A DNA stretch of 58,561 bases from Chiloscyllium plagiosum (GCF_004010195.1 NC_057718.1:32487088-32545648); one strand, 5' to 3'; shown: positions 1-12,504, counted from the stretch's first letter. The notes: a model not told the origin generated them from the sequence alone. Numbers and translations: made by a program.

Positions 1-2007
1 AATGGATTAGGTTCGGATAGCTTCAGTGTGGGTAGGGGCTGCCGTCAGGGGTGTCCTCTCTCGCCATTGTTATTTACGCTAATAATTGAACCACTAGCAG
101 AAGCTTTACGGGTTGACTCTAATATAACGGCCCCGAGGATTGGTACAGGTAAACATAAAATCACCCTTTATGCAGATGATGTTCTTCTATTCCTCAGTAA
201 TCCTCTGATGTCCGTGCCTCGCTTAATCCAAGTTATTAATACATGTAGTGCAATCTCAGGCTATAAAATTAATTTCTCAAAATAGGAGGTTATGCCAATG
301 GGTGGCCTTGCTATGATACCCACTTAGTGGACGGATCCCATTTTCCCTTTCGTTGGTCCCTGGAGGGTTTCTTATATTTAGGCATTTTTATTACCCCAGT
401 ATTTGGTCAGTTATACAAGGCTAACTTTGTGCATTTACTGGAAAGGATAAGGCAGGACCTCCAGCGATGGGGAGACCTTCCAATTTCCTGGCTGGGTAGA
501 AAAGCACTAATTAAAATGAATGTCCTGCCCCGTCTCCTATACCCTATGAGAATGCTTCCGGTGATGTGCCGAGGCTGGCACTACATAAATTATATGGCTG
601 GTTGGGTTCCTTTATCTGGAATCATAGATGGCCCCTCATTAAGCTGAAGAAGTTACAGCTGCCACAGGCAAGGGGAGGATTGGACTTCCCAGATTTTAGG
701 AAATATCAGTTAAGTTCCCTATTAAGTTACATAGCTAATTGGGTCTTGTCTGATCCGCATCAATCTGGCTGGACATCGAGGCTTCTCAAGTAAAATGCCC
801 ACTTATAAACCTTTTATTTTCAGACAAGAGGAAAATCATTACGGATCACTGTAAAAACCCTATAATACTAAACACAATTAACGCTTGGAATATAATGCAG
901 CAAAATGAGGGCAACTTACATAAAATATCCCCCTATGTGCCGATAGTGGGGGCATGGGGATTCCAACCAGGGTTTACAGATGTTACTTGTAAACTCTGGA
1001 GATCCAGGGGTATCTCATGTCTAGGGGACCTATTTAAAGATGGGGTCCTGATGTCTTTTGAACAGCTGCGTCAGAAATTCGGATTACCTATTGGAGACCT
1101 CTTTCGATATTTCCAAATTCGAGATTATATACAGAAGGAGACTACGTTATTAGATAGTCTTTATAAATCAGTAAGAGAATGTAGAGTACTACGACCAATG
1201 GGGGTATTTTCCATCAGTACTATTTATCATTTACTACATGATGAAGTATCGGGAGATATGGACAATCTGCTTAAAACATGGGATCAGGAATTGGGACTAG
1301 AAATCTCTATAGAAACATGGAATGACATTTGGGAAAACGCCAGAAGAATCACCATCTGTAACAGAACTCAGGCTAATCCAACTGAAGATACTTCATAGGG
1401 CCCATATAGCACCGGATCAATTGGCAAAATTTAAGGCAGNNNNNNNNNNNNNNNNNNNNNNNNNNNNNNNNNNNNNNNNNNNNNNNNNNNNNNNNNNNNN
1501 NNNNNNNNNNNNNNNNNNNNNNNNNNNNNNNNNNNNNNNNNNNNNNNNNNNNNNNNNNNNNNNNNNNNNNNNNNNNNNNNNNNNNNNNNNNNNNNNNNNN
1601 NNNNNNNNNNNNNNNNNNNNNNNNNNNNNNNNNNNNNNNNNNNNNNNNNNNNNNNNNNNNNNNNNNNNNNNNNNNNNNNNNNNNNNNNNNNNNNNNNNNN
1701 NNNNNNNNNNNNNNNNNNNNNNNNNNNNNNNNNNNNNNNNNNNNNNNNNNNNNNNNNNNNNNNNNNNTTTTTTTTCTTTCTCTTATTTGAATAATGTAAG
1801 AGACTTAAATATACACTCTGGTTAGTTGTAGGTGAGATTAGTAGTTAGTTGAGTTTTTTTTTCTTTCTCGGTATTTTTCTTTTATTAAATTTTGGTTATT
1901 ATATATTTAAGATTTAATTGTATATCAATGTTTGTACTAAAGAGTTTTGTTTATTTTTGTAAACTTATAAAAATGTTAAATTTCTAATAAAAATTCTATA
2001 AAAAAAA
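1..2007 (+). mobile_element. L1-clade LINE, 3' part of ORF2 (RT and C-terminal region; stops and frameshifts) with 3' UTR and poly(A)
   Basis: Consecutive ORF pieces contain [46 protein letters not shown] and FRYFQIRD. They are followed by a T-rich UTR, AATAAA at 1986-1991 and A8 at 2000-2007. The element spans the N gap. Confidence 0.9.
1440..1767. other. Assembly gap (328 N)
   Basis: Run of N. Confidence 1.
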
Positions 2008-2497
2008 GAACTGCTGCTGAAGGGCCCTCAGGTTCTGCCACAACTATGTTTTACCCAGTCTGTTAGTGTGTGGTGTTTGACCCACTTCACTGCTCCTTAG
2101 ACTGTATCACTGCTCCATCTTAGTCCCCAATGACCACAACTGGATCTGCTGCTAAGACCCCCTGGTGCCCTGGAATTTACTTATAAATCAAAGTTCCTGC
2201 TCAAAAAAATCATCATAAAGATATACGATGAAATCCTTGATGGCTGGCAAGGACAGTAGAACGTGAACAATAGCATATCAGTGGGTGAGCGATTCAAAAT
2301 GTGTTGACATGAAAGGAAAAGCCTTCAGGTGCTTGAAGTCCAGCACGAAAATCATTGTGATACTTTTGGAGAAGGGGCATTTGGTTGTAATGTACAGGAT
2401 AAACCATTTCTCTTGTTGACACTACAGCGTATCAGAGACCCAGAGAAGAACAGTGCTAGTAAGATGATGGCACTGTCCATGTGAAGAATGGAAAATT

Positions 2498-2712
2498 TTC
2501 TCCCACTGTTCAAAGATGTGCAGCATAGGTGGATTGGCCATGGCAACTTGCCTTGTAGTGTCCAGGGATGTGCTAGATCAGTGTACTTGCCATGGTAAAT
2601 GTGGGGTTACAGGGATAGGATGGGGATCTGGGTCTGGGTGGGATGCTGTTCAGCGTGTCAGTCAGACTCGATGGGCCAAATGGCCTCATTCCACATGGGG
2701 GGGGCTCTATGA
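2498..2712 (+). mobile_element. Partial HE1/V-SINE (3' part)
   Basis: ctcccactgttcaaagatgtgcag...ggattggccatgg matches the SINE body seen in the fuller copies in this window. Confidence 0.7.
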
Positions 2713-3514
2713 TGCTACAAATGAATTACAACGATACAGTTCACAGGACAGCTGCATGACAAGTGATCACGGACTAAAGGGAAGTGATGATAAAACACTT
2801 CAGGAGTTGAACCTTATGCATTGGCAGAAGAGTTTGAAGAGAGAACTTCATTCAAACAACAATGCATTGTTGCCACTGTTGCAAGAGCTCATGGGAGGCT
2901 CACCAGTTTATGCACTTCCCTGTGTTGTCACATTACTTCCTGTCACACTATCCTATCACACTCTTCGAAATGCCTGTGAGTAACAATACAGGACGTCTTT
3001 TATTTGTTAAAAAAAACAAAATGGGGTATGGAATTAATTTAGCTGTTCTGTACAATTTGAGGCAGCTGCTGGCTCTGTGTTTTTGTGAGCCCTAACCTGG
3101 CTCATATTCACTGAAGCGTAATGGAAAATAAGCCTTGTTTGATTTGAGAGAGAGCAGGAAATGCCGTAATTTGCAGCTAAATTTTGATACTTTTTCATGT
3201 TACTTGTCCATTAAACATCTGAACAGCAGAGTTAAGTAGTATGTTTATTTTATTAATAACATTATGCTGTTTTACCATGGGTATAGTAAATATTTTTTAC
3301 TCTCATAGATACGCTCACCGTCTTATTTTAAGCACAAGAGGACAGATCTGAATTGCTTTTGGTGAGTTTGGTGCTGGGTGGTATTTAATTGGACAGGAGG
3401 GTGGCAAGTGGGGATCCACTGCTGTCTTGCCTCTGTCCCAATTAAGTCCAGTGTAAAAAGACTCATGGAAGGCCTTAGCACCCTGCTGCCCGTTGAACCC
3501 TCCACCAGAGTTAT

Positions 3515-3920
3515 AAGCTGGGACTTTTTTCACTGGAGTGTAGAAGGTTGAGGGGTGATCTTATAGAGGTTTATAAAATCATGAGGTGTATAGGCAAGGT
3601 GACTGACAGATGTCTTTTCCCTAGGGTGAGGGATTTCAAGACTAGGCAGCAGATTTTTAAAGTGAGAGGAGAAAGATTTAAAAAAGACGTGTGGGGCAAT
3701 TTTATTTAAATGGAGAGTGGTTCATGTGTGGAATGAACTTCTAAAAGAAGTGATGGATGCAGGTACAGTTGCAGTGTTTAAAAGACATTTAGATAGGTAC
3801 ATGAATAAGAAATGTTTGAAGGGATAATGGGCCAAGTGCAGTTTAATAGTTTAATTTAGGATTATGGTTGGCGTGAACTGGTTAGATTGAACAGTCTGTT
3901 TCCATGCTTTATGACTTTGT
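3515..3920 (+). mobile_element. CR1 LINE 3' fragment
   Basis: LGLFSLE..RLRGDLIEVYKIM-type coding followed by the CR1 3' tail. Confidence 0.85.
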
Positions 3921-5011
3921 AAATACACAAGATATGTTACAGATCAACAGCAACTATGGAGCAGACAGACTTAGGTGGGAAATGTAGACATTTTGTCAAA
4001 ATTATGACTGATGAATTGTTAGCATCCAAATCCTCAATCCATCTTCATTCCTCAGTTGTTCTGCAATTTCAGTATGTTCGCTTTTTTATTTCACACAAGG
4101 GGCACAGTCCAATGCCATGCATTCAAACAAAGCTTTCTTTGGACTTCTTGGGATGATTGTTTTTACTGTACTCACATTGGTTTGCCTTCTTCGTTTTTGT
4201 TTGATTAGCTCCTCTGCTGTAATACCCTGGTTGCTGCTGCCATCCAGGGATGCACTGAGCTGCCACCATTCAAGATAGCAGCATAATGTGGTGTCAGTAC
4301 TTCCCTGCAGCCTCTGACCCTGTTCTATATTGATCTGGCTTCCAATTGAAGAACAACTTGCATTCATATTCAGAGCTTTACCCACAAGAAATACATTTGA
4401 ATGCTTTGAAATAAGAGGAGAAAAAGCATTGTTGTGGACATTGAGAATGGAAAAGGAGAGAAAAATGGAGGCTATACCAAGGAACACAGTTGACTGTTTT
4501 AAGAAGGAGAGTTGGCAAAGCAGTGAGGTTTAATTAAGTTCTAATGACAAGGTAATAATGACAAAGGAGTTAAGTGTGGTAGGTGCAGAGCAGGAATGAT
4601 TAAGGTGTACTGGGGCAATGTATGTGATGAGATTTTGAATAAAAGCTAAGAATTTTGAAACCAGAAAGAGTGACAATCATCACTTAGAGAAGGTGGGGTT
4701 GATAGAAATATGCCATTTTGTACAGCATTTGGAATAAGTTGAAGTTTGACTCCAGAGGGTTAGCTGAAAAGCATTGGAAAGTTAATCCTTGATGTGAGGC
4801 AGACATGGAGCAGTTCTTTTAAAAGATAATGGGAAGAGATTTGCAGCAGTTACCCAAATAAAAGGAAGCAGTTTTGATAAAGGAGTAGATGAGCTCTCTG
4901 ATGCTAATGGGAGGTGAAGTCAGCATTGAATAGAAGACCAAGGATCCTTCCATATTTGAGATGACAGCTAACAGATGCAAGACCTGGGATACAGAAGGTT
5001 TTCACATTGTT

Positions 5012-5141
5012 AAAAAAATGAAATATTGTAGATGCTGGAGATGTAAATTATAAACATAAAGCATTGAAGAAACTCAGCAGGTCAGGTCTGGCAGCACCTT
5101 GAAGATTTAACATTTTGAGTCCATTCTGATGCTTCATTAGA
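5012..5141 (-). mobile_element. Degenerate Penelope-like short element (family A)
   Basis: Contains gatgctggag...aactcagcaggtc...ggcagca, shared with 49084-49208. The ribozyme core is decayed. Confidence 0.6.
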
Positions 5142-5142
5142 G

Positions 5143-5437
5143 TAGATTCTGTACAGTGTGGAAACAGGCCCTTTGGCCCAACCAGTCCACACCGACCCTC
5201 CGAAGAGTAACCCACCCAGACCCATTTCCCTCTGACTAATGCACCTAACGCTATGGGCAATTTAGCATGGCCAATTCACCTGACCTGCACATCTTTGGAC
5301 TGTGGGAGGAAACCAGAGCACCCAGAGGAAACCCACGCAGACACTGGGAGAATGTGCAAACTCCACACAGTCACCCGAGGCTGGAATCAAACCTGGGACC
5401 CTGGTGCTGTGAGGCAGCAGTGCTAACCACTGAGCCA
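5143..5437 (-). mobile_element. HE1/V-SINE (tRNA-derived head, CR1-derived tail)
   Basis: The reverse strand begins tggctcagtggttagcactgctgcctcacagc (Pol III box A-like), then a box B-like ggtttgattcc and the V-domain tgtgtggagtttgcacattctccc. Confidence 0.9.
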
Positions 5438-7219
5438 AATCACACAAAGGAAATGCTGTGAACTGTATGAACTACATCACTGAAAAAGCTTATCTCACAG
5501 AAACATAAAGTGAAGGAGGCGTCACGAGGATTAATGGGTACACCCATTCTGAAGCACCTTTTTGATCAGAACAAGAAAGTGATTGCTAGAATTACCGAGC
5601 CTACAATTCAGTAAATTCTACAGTTATGAAAGATAACATACAAAGTCAAATGAATAGGTTGTCATCAGATATTGAAATTTTCAAGGCCAACATTGAAGTT
5701 ACAAATAGTTCTTCACCAAAAAGGAAAGAAGGCTTATTCAGAAGTTTTAGACAGCTAATGTGAAAGATTTCCAGAATTAATATTCCAAGATGACAAATTA
5801 GAATTAGAGAATAGAATAATTGATTGGGAAAGCCTGAAGCTTGAGCAGGGCATAGTATGTCAAGCTGAAATAAAGTATATGGAAGAAAAATTATTCACAG
5901 AGGAGGCATCGCCAAGAAGCAGATCTTGAACCTAAGGTCAAAACATCAACAATCAACTTCAATAGAAAAATTTGAAACAGAAATGATTGCCCTAAACTCA
6001 GACAGCAAATTGCATTGTGAGAAAATGATTAACTGAAGATCAGTCTTAAACTGTGAAAAATGTGGCTGCTTCATCAACCAAGAGTTTTTTACAGTTCTCC
6101 ATGTGGCTAGTGGACAGAAGTATAGTTGCTCGACACCTAACTGGTGAATGTACCTCAATTGGTGACTGAGCTGCAGTTGGAATTAAAAACAGGGCCTACA
6201 AAAGCAGACACAATTGTTGTGGTGGCACAGCATTTGAAATTGTAAGAAAGCAAGTGAAATAGTAATTCTGATTAGTTGCTGAGAATTTACCCCAATATCC
6301 TGACTTGGAAAAATATCTCTAGTTCCTTCAGTGTTATGGGATCAAAATCCTGGGACTCCCTCCCTAACAACATTATGGATGTACCTACACCAAATGTACT
6401 GCAGCAGTTTAATAATGCACATTCTCAAGAGCAACTAGGGATGAGCAATAAATATTGGTCCAGCCAGCGATGCCCATGTTCCTTGAATGAGTAAAAACAA
6501 ATTCTGTTGTAGATGAAGTAATTTGAACAGCATAGAGAATTAGAAATGGAGGGGGGGGGGGGCGGGGTGGAAGTACTTCACAGAGAGGAAAAAGCAAAGA
6601 AATGAGCAAATAAAGAGAAAGTAAAGGTACACTCCTTCCATCTAGTTTGCAACAAGATGTCTGCCAACATTTATTTGGGTGAAGTTTTTTTCTCAGCCAG
6701 ATCTAGTCTAGTATCAATTTATTTTTGCGTTTAGTTTGGTTCAAATAGCTAGCAAAGAGGTTAGACTTCTAGTTTTAGATCTTAATTAAGCTTTGGTAAT
6801 TATGGCCTTGTGCTGTTTAGTTCTTCATTCATACAAAATCAGTGGGGTATGTTTGTGAGCACACATTGTGCATCATTTCAGTGGAAGGAACTGATTCATC
6901 ATTTTTCCAGTCACCTCTCACCAGTCTGGAATGAAGAGTCACATTTTTTATGTGGTCAGCAAGGTGCCTTTCATGACATCTCCATATTTATGGTAGGCAG
7001 CAGAAGTGAGTGAATACTGTCCTGCTGTATTTCTGCTGTAGGTATATTTTTCATTCATGACTTGAGGTGTTGGTTCTGAATAGGTGATTACAGTCAGAAA
7101 TTCAATCTTACCACATTGATTCACTGCTATTTAATCCTTAAAGCAGGAGTGAGACTTGCTGAATACAAGTAAGAACTCAATTTTAATATGTTACTATATT
7201 CTAATAAAATACAACCTTC

Positions 7220-7321
7220 AGAGCTCTGATGAAGAGTCATCCAGGCTCAAAGCATTCACTCACTTTCTCTCCATGGATGCTGCCTGACCTGCTGTGATCT
7301 CCAGATTTGTTGTTTTCAGTC
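7220..7321 (+). mobile_element. Penelope-like short element with degenerate hammerhead motif (family A)
   Basis: agagctCTGATGAagagtcatccaggctcAAAG... is followed by ggatgctgcctgacctgctg. The GAAA is mutated. Confidence 0.7.
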
Positions 7322-7360
7322 AAGAGACATGGGTTTTTTTGGGGTTTTTTTGCCACTCCT

Positions 7361-7763
7361 GTTTATTTATTTTTTTTTTTTTACACACTGCCGCCTAACT
7401 GCAGTAGTGCTTATTTTTCCCCCCGCACCCATGTTGTGGGTGTGCAGGCGTGAGACACAGTGAAAGTCACAAGGTGTACAAATCTTTATTCAATTTCCAC
7501 CACCAGGAAGAAAAGAAACACCCAAATGGCCTGTGACAAGCAGTGCCTTTCTCATCAAAGGGCAATGCTGTGTGATCAAACAGTGAAGGGGAGGGTAGGG
7601 ATTAAATCAAAATAGAATGGAACGGGGAAATAATACACCCCACTCCCTGCGGTGCCCATCTCTCCCTAAACTGCTCAAGTGTGTTGGTGGACACCGTGTG
7701 CTCCTTCTCCAGAGACACCCGAGCTCTAACGTAACTGCGGAAGTGGGTTAGGCAGTCGGCCCT
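7361..7763 (-). mobile_element. Tx1-like non-LTR retrotransposon 3' end (5'-truncated)
   Basis: It is the reverse-complement homologue of 9504-9855, with poly(T) at the left end. Confidence 0.75.
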
Positions 7764-8149
7764 AATGAAGAGACTTGGTGGTGAGGAGTAACTCTTGCCT
7801 ATTGATGGCTGTCTTCTTATCTATCCTGGAGTCTCAATGATTGTAGGAATTGTTGACTGCCATAGCTAAAAAGTAATGTGGGTGCTTCAAGGATAGTGAG
7901 CTTTCACCAATAAGAATTTCTTGTTGTCATTGAATACTAACGCCACATTCATTGTGTAACAGTCTTTCTGGTTATACTAGTGCCCCCCCCCATTGACATG
8001 ACAGTCTGGATATAAAGAAATCTGTAATTCCCACCCTGATCTTCCCTCATCACTGAGAGGGTGACGTTCCTTCCTTTCCTGGAGAGTGACCTCTCAAATC
8101 CCTCTGTCGACATCGATCTGTAAGAAACCAACTGGAAGAAGCTGCTTAG

Positions 8150-8397
8150 AGATAAGGATTAGACAACAGTGATTTTCACCAGCACTGGGGTGGGTGGGGA
8201 AAGCGCACTCCCCACCCCAACTATGAAGGAGAGAGATGACTAGTGGTGGTTTAACTGGAGGATCACCACAATTCAGATATAAGGGAGGTTGAGAAAGAGA
8301 GTCCTTCTTGGTAACCTCAACCAATGTGGATATTGAACTTGTTGGTGCCCCTCTATGTTGCAAACCAGCCATCCAGCTAACTGAGTTAATCCCCACC
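8150..8397 (-). mobile_element. tRNA-derived SINE (different family from HE1)
   Basis: The reverse strand starts ttaactcagttagctggatggctggtttgc, followed by a ...gttcaatatcc box B-like motif. Confidence 0.6.
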
Positions 8398-9335
8398 GCA
8401 ACTACTACCCACGTCATTAGCAAAGGCTTTTTAATTCTCTCAGCCTCTGCACAGTCAGCAGAAACCTTCAAACTTCTTCAGTAACTCATCAGTGCTTCTA
8501 CTACCTTGACCTGAGCACAGTAAATCAAAAGACACCTCAGTTGTTCAATTTGCCTTTTAAATCACCTCAGAAGAGGCCCCCATTTTGCTTGCTGCCAACT
8601 GTTTCACAAGGAACAAATGAGGAAGACTTTGCTATACATTAATTGGGCATATTTGTACCTGTACTTTGCACCAAAAACCTCGATACCAGTGATCTTAACC
8701 TTTGGGCTCTTCAGATGCACAGCGCATATATCACAATGAACCAGCCAAAAGAGGCACCAGACAATTGAGTTTCATACTTGCAGCATTTTGAGTATTTACC
8801 TGGGCAAAGCTTGAAAGAAAATCACATAACAAACAGGAAACAGTGGGAAAATAAGCATTTCTCTAAAACACTCACAAAGTAAATTAATTAAATCTTCATC
8901 CTTTTTGGTTCCCTTCTAATGGAATAAGCTTGTTCATTGTATTTGTTAAGTGGTTTATAGAGATTAAAGGATGTTTAAGGGTGAATGGTCACCAGAACTA
9001 AACAGTTAGCTGCTTAGTTTAAAGTGAAGCATTTGCAACAACATTGCTGATTTGTTAGCAGCCTCCGACAGAAAGTAAGACCAGATGTCGCTCGTTTATT
9101 TGAAGTGAATTACTCATTATGTTCCTGTTATAAAAAACATTCCCTATTTGCAAATTGAAGGCAACTGGGTGGTACTGGGTTCAATTCTTAGACCTGTGTT
9201 TGAATCCATCTAGACAAGTGAGATAAAAAGACTTTTCTATTTAATTGTTTAACCCAATTCCAAATGAGCACAAATAAATTAATGCTTCTAGTTTACAGCC
9301 TGTTGACCCCAAATTGTCAGTGTCCTACAGGTTGA

Positions 9336-9372
9336 TTAGATGCTGTGGGATTGGCAATCCCACAGCATCTAA
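9336..9372. repeat. Perfect palindrome, 18-bp arms with a 1-nt spacer
   Basis: TTAGATGCTGTGGGATTG-G-CAATCCCACAGCATCTAA. Confidence 0.95.
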
Positions 9373-9503
9373 CCCTGTGGATCAGGGTTAGGATCCATTG
9401 TGTGAATGGTACATTATGGAGCTGTGTTAGGATTCTATTATCAATTTACTATTAGAGAGACTTGATAAGGGTATTGTGTATATGCATTTTAAAAGGGTGT
9501 TTA

Positions 9504-9855
9504 AGCACGCGGTGTCGACCAACACCCTGGAGTTGTTCAGGGAGAGGTGGGCGCCGCAGGGAGTGGAGTGCATCATTTCTCCCTCCAACTCTATTTTGAT
9601 TTAGTCCCTACCCTCCCCTTCACTGTTTTGATCACACAGCACTGCCCTCTGATGTGAAGGGCAGTGTTTGTCACTGGCCACCCGGGTGTTTTCCTATCTT
9701 CCTGGTGGTGGAAATTGAATAAAGATTCGTGCACTTTGTGTCTTTCACTGTGTCTCACACCTGCACACACACACCATGGGTGCTGGGGATAAAATAAGCA
9801 CTACCGCACTTAGGTGGTAGTGTGGGGGTTAAAATAAAATAAAATTAAAAAAAAA
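9504..9855 (+). mobile_element. Tx1-like non-LTR retrotransposon 3' end (5'-truncated)
   Basis: It codes HAVSTNTLELFRERWAPQGVECIISPSNSILI* (TAG at 9602-9604), which resembles the Tx1 ORF2 C-terminus. AATAAA is at 9718-9723 and the A-rich tail runs to 9855. Confidence 0.75.
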
Positions 9856-9898
9856 GACTGTAAGGACATTTCCTGCAATGATGAATTAACTCAGAATA

Positions 9899-10212
9899 TG
9901 GTGGTTCAGTGGTTAGCACTGATGCCTCATAGCACCAGGGTGCCAGGTTTGATTGCAAGCTTGGGTGACAGTCTGTGTGGAGTTTGCACATTCTCCCCAT
10001 GTCTGCGTGGGTTTCTTTCAGTGCTCCAGTTTACTCCCACAGTCTAAAGATATGCAGGTTAGGTGGATTGGCCATGCTAAATTGCCTGTAGTGTACAGAA
10101 ATGTGTGGGTTAGTCATGGGAAATACAGCGCTACGGTAATAACGTGGCAGGTGGGTCGCTGTTCCGATGGTCATTGTGGACTCGATGGGTGGAATAGCCT
10201 GCCTCCACCCAG
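9899..10212 (+). mobile_element. HE1/V-SINE
   Basis: gtggttcagtggttagcactgatgcctcatagc...tgtgtggagtttgcacattctcccc. Confidence 0.9.
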
Positions 10213-10241
10213 TAGAGCTTCCAAGGTTATTAGCGAACACT

Positions 10242-10590
10242 TTAGATTTCCCACAGTGGAAACAGGCTCTTCGGCCCAACAAGTCCACACTGACCCTCCA
10301 AAGAGTAACCCACCCAGACCCATTTCCCTCTGACTAATGCACCTAACACTATGGGCAATTTAGCATGGGCAATTTAGCATGGGCAATTTAGCATGGGCAA
10401 TTTAGCATAGGCAATTCACCTGACTTACACATCTTTGGACTGTGGGAGGAAACCAGAGCACCCAAGGATACCCACACAGACACGGGAGAATGTACAAACT
10501 CCACACAGACAGTCACCCGAGGCTGGAATCGAACCTGGGACCCTAGTGCTGTGAGGCAGCAGTGCTAACCACTGGGCCACCGTGCCACCC
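10242..10590 (-). mobile_element. HE1/V-SINE with an internal 14-bp tandem expansion
   Basis: Full-length SINE with (ATGGGCAATTTAGC)x4 at 10351-10406. Confidence 0.92.
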
Positions 10591-11151
10591 TTTCTTTTTT
10601 CAGAAAGCATGTAGCACCAAGGGTTAGTGTTAAGGCTATTTTCTTTCAACTATGTATCATTGACCTGGATTTTGATATATAGGGCTTCTGTTTACAGATA
10701 ACACAAAACTGAGAAAGGTGGGAAATGAAAGGAAGTAACGGACTTTATTCAGTATGAGCTGGACTGGAGAAATATAAATAGATGTATGGCAGTTAAAATT
10801 TTAAAAAGAAGTGTGATGTGGCTCATTTCAGTAGGAAGAACAAGGAAAGGTAATAAAACTAGGTGCCATCACTTTAAGGATGTAGAGAAACCGAGGATGT
10901 AACAGTACAAGTTGAAAAGGCGTGTATATCTTCAAGTTTTTAAGTTACGATGCAGGGTACAAAACCAAGGACGTTATTCCGACATTTTATACTACTTTAG
11001 ATAAGCTTCCATTGTAGCACTGCAGGAAAGCTGGACATCACACTTTCTAAAGGATGCTAAGAAGTGAAGAAGATGTAGAACAAAATAGAAACACATACAG
11101 TTGTGTGGAGAGACTTGGGAAGGGCAGGTTTGTTTACCTTAAAGCAGAGAT

Positions 11152-11419
11152 GATTAGATTAGTTACAATGTGGAAACAGGCCCTTCGGACCAACAAGTCC
11201 ACACCGACCCACCGAAGTGCAACCCACCCCCCTACACCACAGACAACTTAGCATGGCCAATTCACCTAACCTGCACATTTTTGGACTGTGGGTGGAAACC
11301 AGAGCAAACCCACGCAGACACAGGGAGAATGTGCAAACTCCACACAGATAGTTGCCTGAGGTGAGAACTGAACCCGGGTCTCTGGCGCTGTGAGGCAGCA
11401 GTGCTAACCACTGTGCCGC
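11152..11419 (-). mobile_element. HE1/V-SINE
   Basis: It has the same head and body as the other copies and sits within a decayed CR1 (about 10700-11640). Confidence 0.88.
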
Positions 11420-12504
11420 ACAGATAGAAGGTGATTTAAAGCAAAAGAGCTAGAGTAGACAAGAAAAGGTAAAATTAGGTAGCAAATTGTGGTGATCTGC
11501 ATTGCGCAGCTTGAAAACATGGTAGAAGCAAATTCAAGACATGGTGAAGTCAAACAAAATGCATGGATATGTGGAAAGCCAGGACAAGGAAATAGGACAA
11601 TTATTTCAAAGAGCCAACACAACCACAACCAGCCTCCTGTGATACCTTATTCAGTGATTCCATCAGATCGTTTTCTACCCAGTTGGTATCCTTTCATACG
11701 ATGGCACAGTTTCACACAGGACTATGACTCTAGGCTGCCTGACTGCTTTGCTGCAGTATACTTTTGTTTTGGCTGTTTTTCAAATGGTTCCCATGACACT
11801 TATCTGTGAATTGACTCCTTTTGTGAAGCAAGGGAGAAAGTAAGAGTATAGCCATTTTCATGTAAAACTGCTTTGTCGTTTCACTGTAGAATCAGGTGCC
11901 CTGAAATCCGTGCTACTATACATTGCAGAGCTCGGATTCCTGACACAGTGCAATATGGCTACAAAGAGAAACTGTTCTACAATATAAAGGGGACATAGAA
12001 CTGACTAAAGTACCCCAATACAGAATCACCATTCTTTTAATTTACAGAGAAAAAAAACAGGGGCCTCTTTTATACTGCAACATGCTTTGCGGCTGATTGA
12101 CTTTTTTTGTCACACAGGTTCACATTTTGTGAGGCGAAAACGCAAGAAAAGCACTCGTTTGAAACTCAGAAAAGTGAGACAGGAGCTATTAACAGATTAT
12201 ATGTATTGCTTCATTTATGCCTCTGACTGAAACTCAGATTAGGATAGTTCAAGTACACATTTAGTTTTGTAATTCATCTTTCTGAGCATCTTTTTCTAAC
12301 CAGTAGTATGATCATCCCTTCCTGGAGGTAGAGTGGAAGATGCAAAGTATTGGTGAGTTCGCCTCAAAGAGAGAGAATCTTCACTGCAGCCAAAAGGCCT
12401 GTTAGGTCACCTTCTCTACTCACCACCAATTAATGTCCTTAAGTGATTAATAAATGACCACTTAAGGGCCTCAACTTACCTGGTAAGTGTGGAAAGTGGC
12501 TAAG

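Noticed and set aside
4086..4533. Short ORFs of 60-135 aa scattered through the window
   Set aside because: They have no recognisable motifs, and most overlap decayed repeats or start at non-ATG codons.
6549..6570. G-run as a functional G-quadruplex
   Set aside because: It is a simple homopolymer with no supporting context.
9899..9975. tRNA genes at SINE heads
   Set aside because: The tRNA-like sequence continues straight into the SINE body and has no complete cloverleaf.
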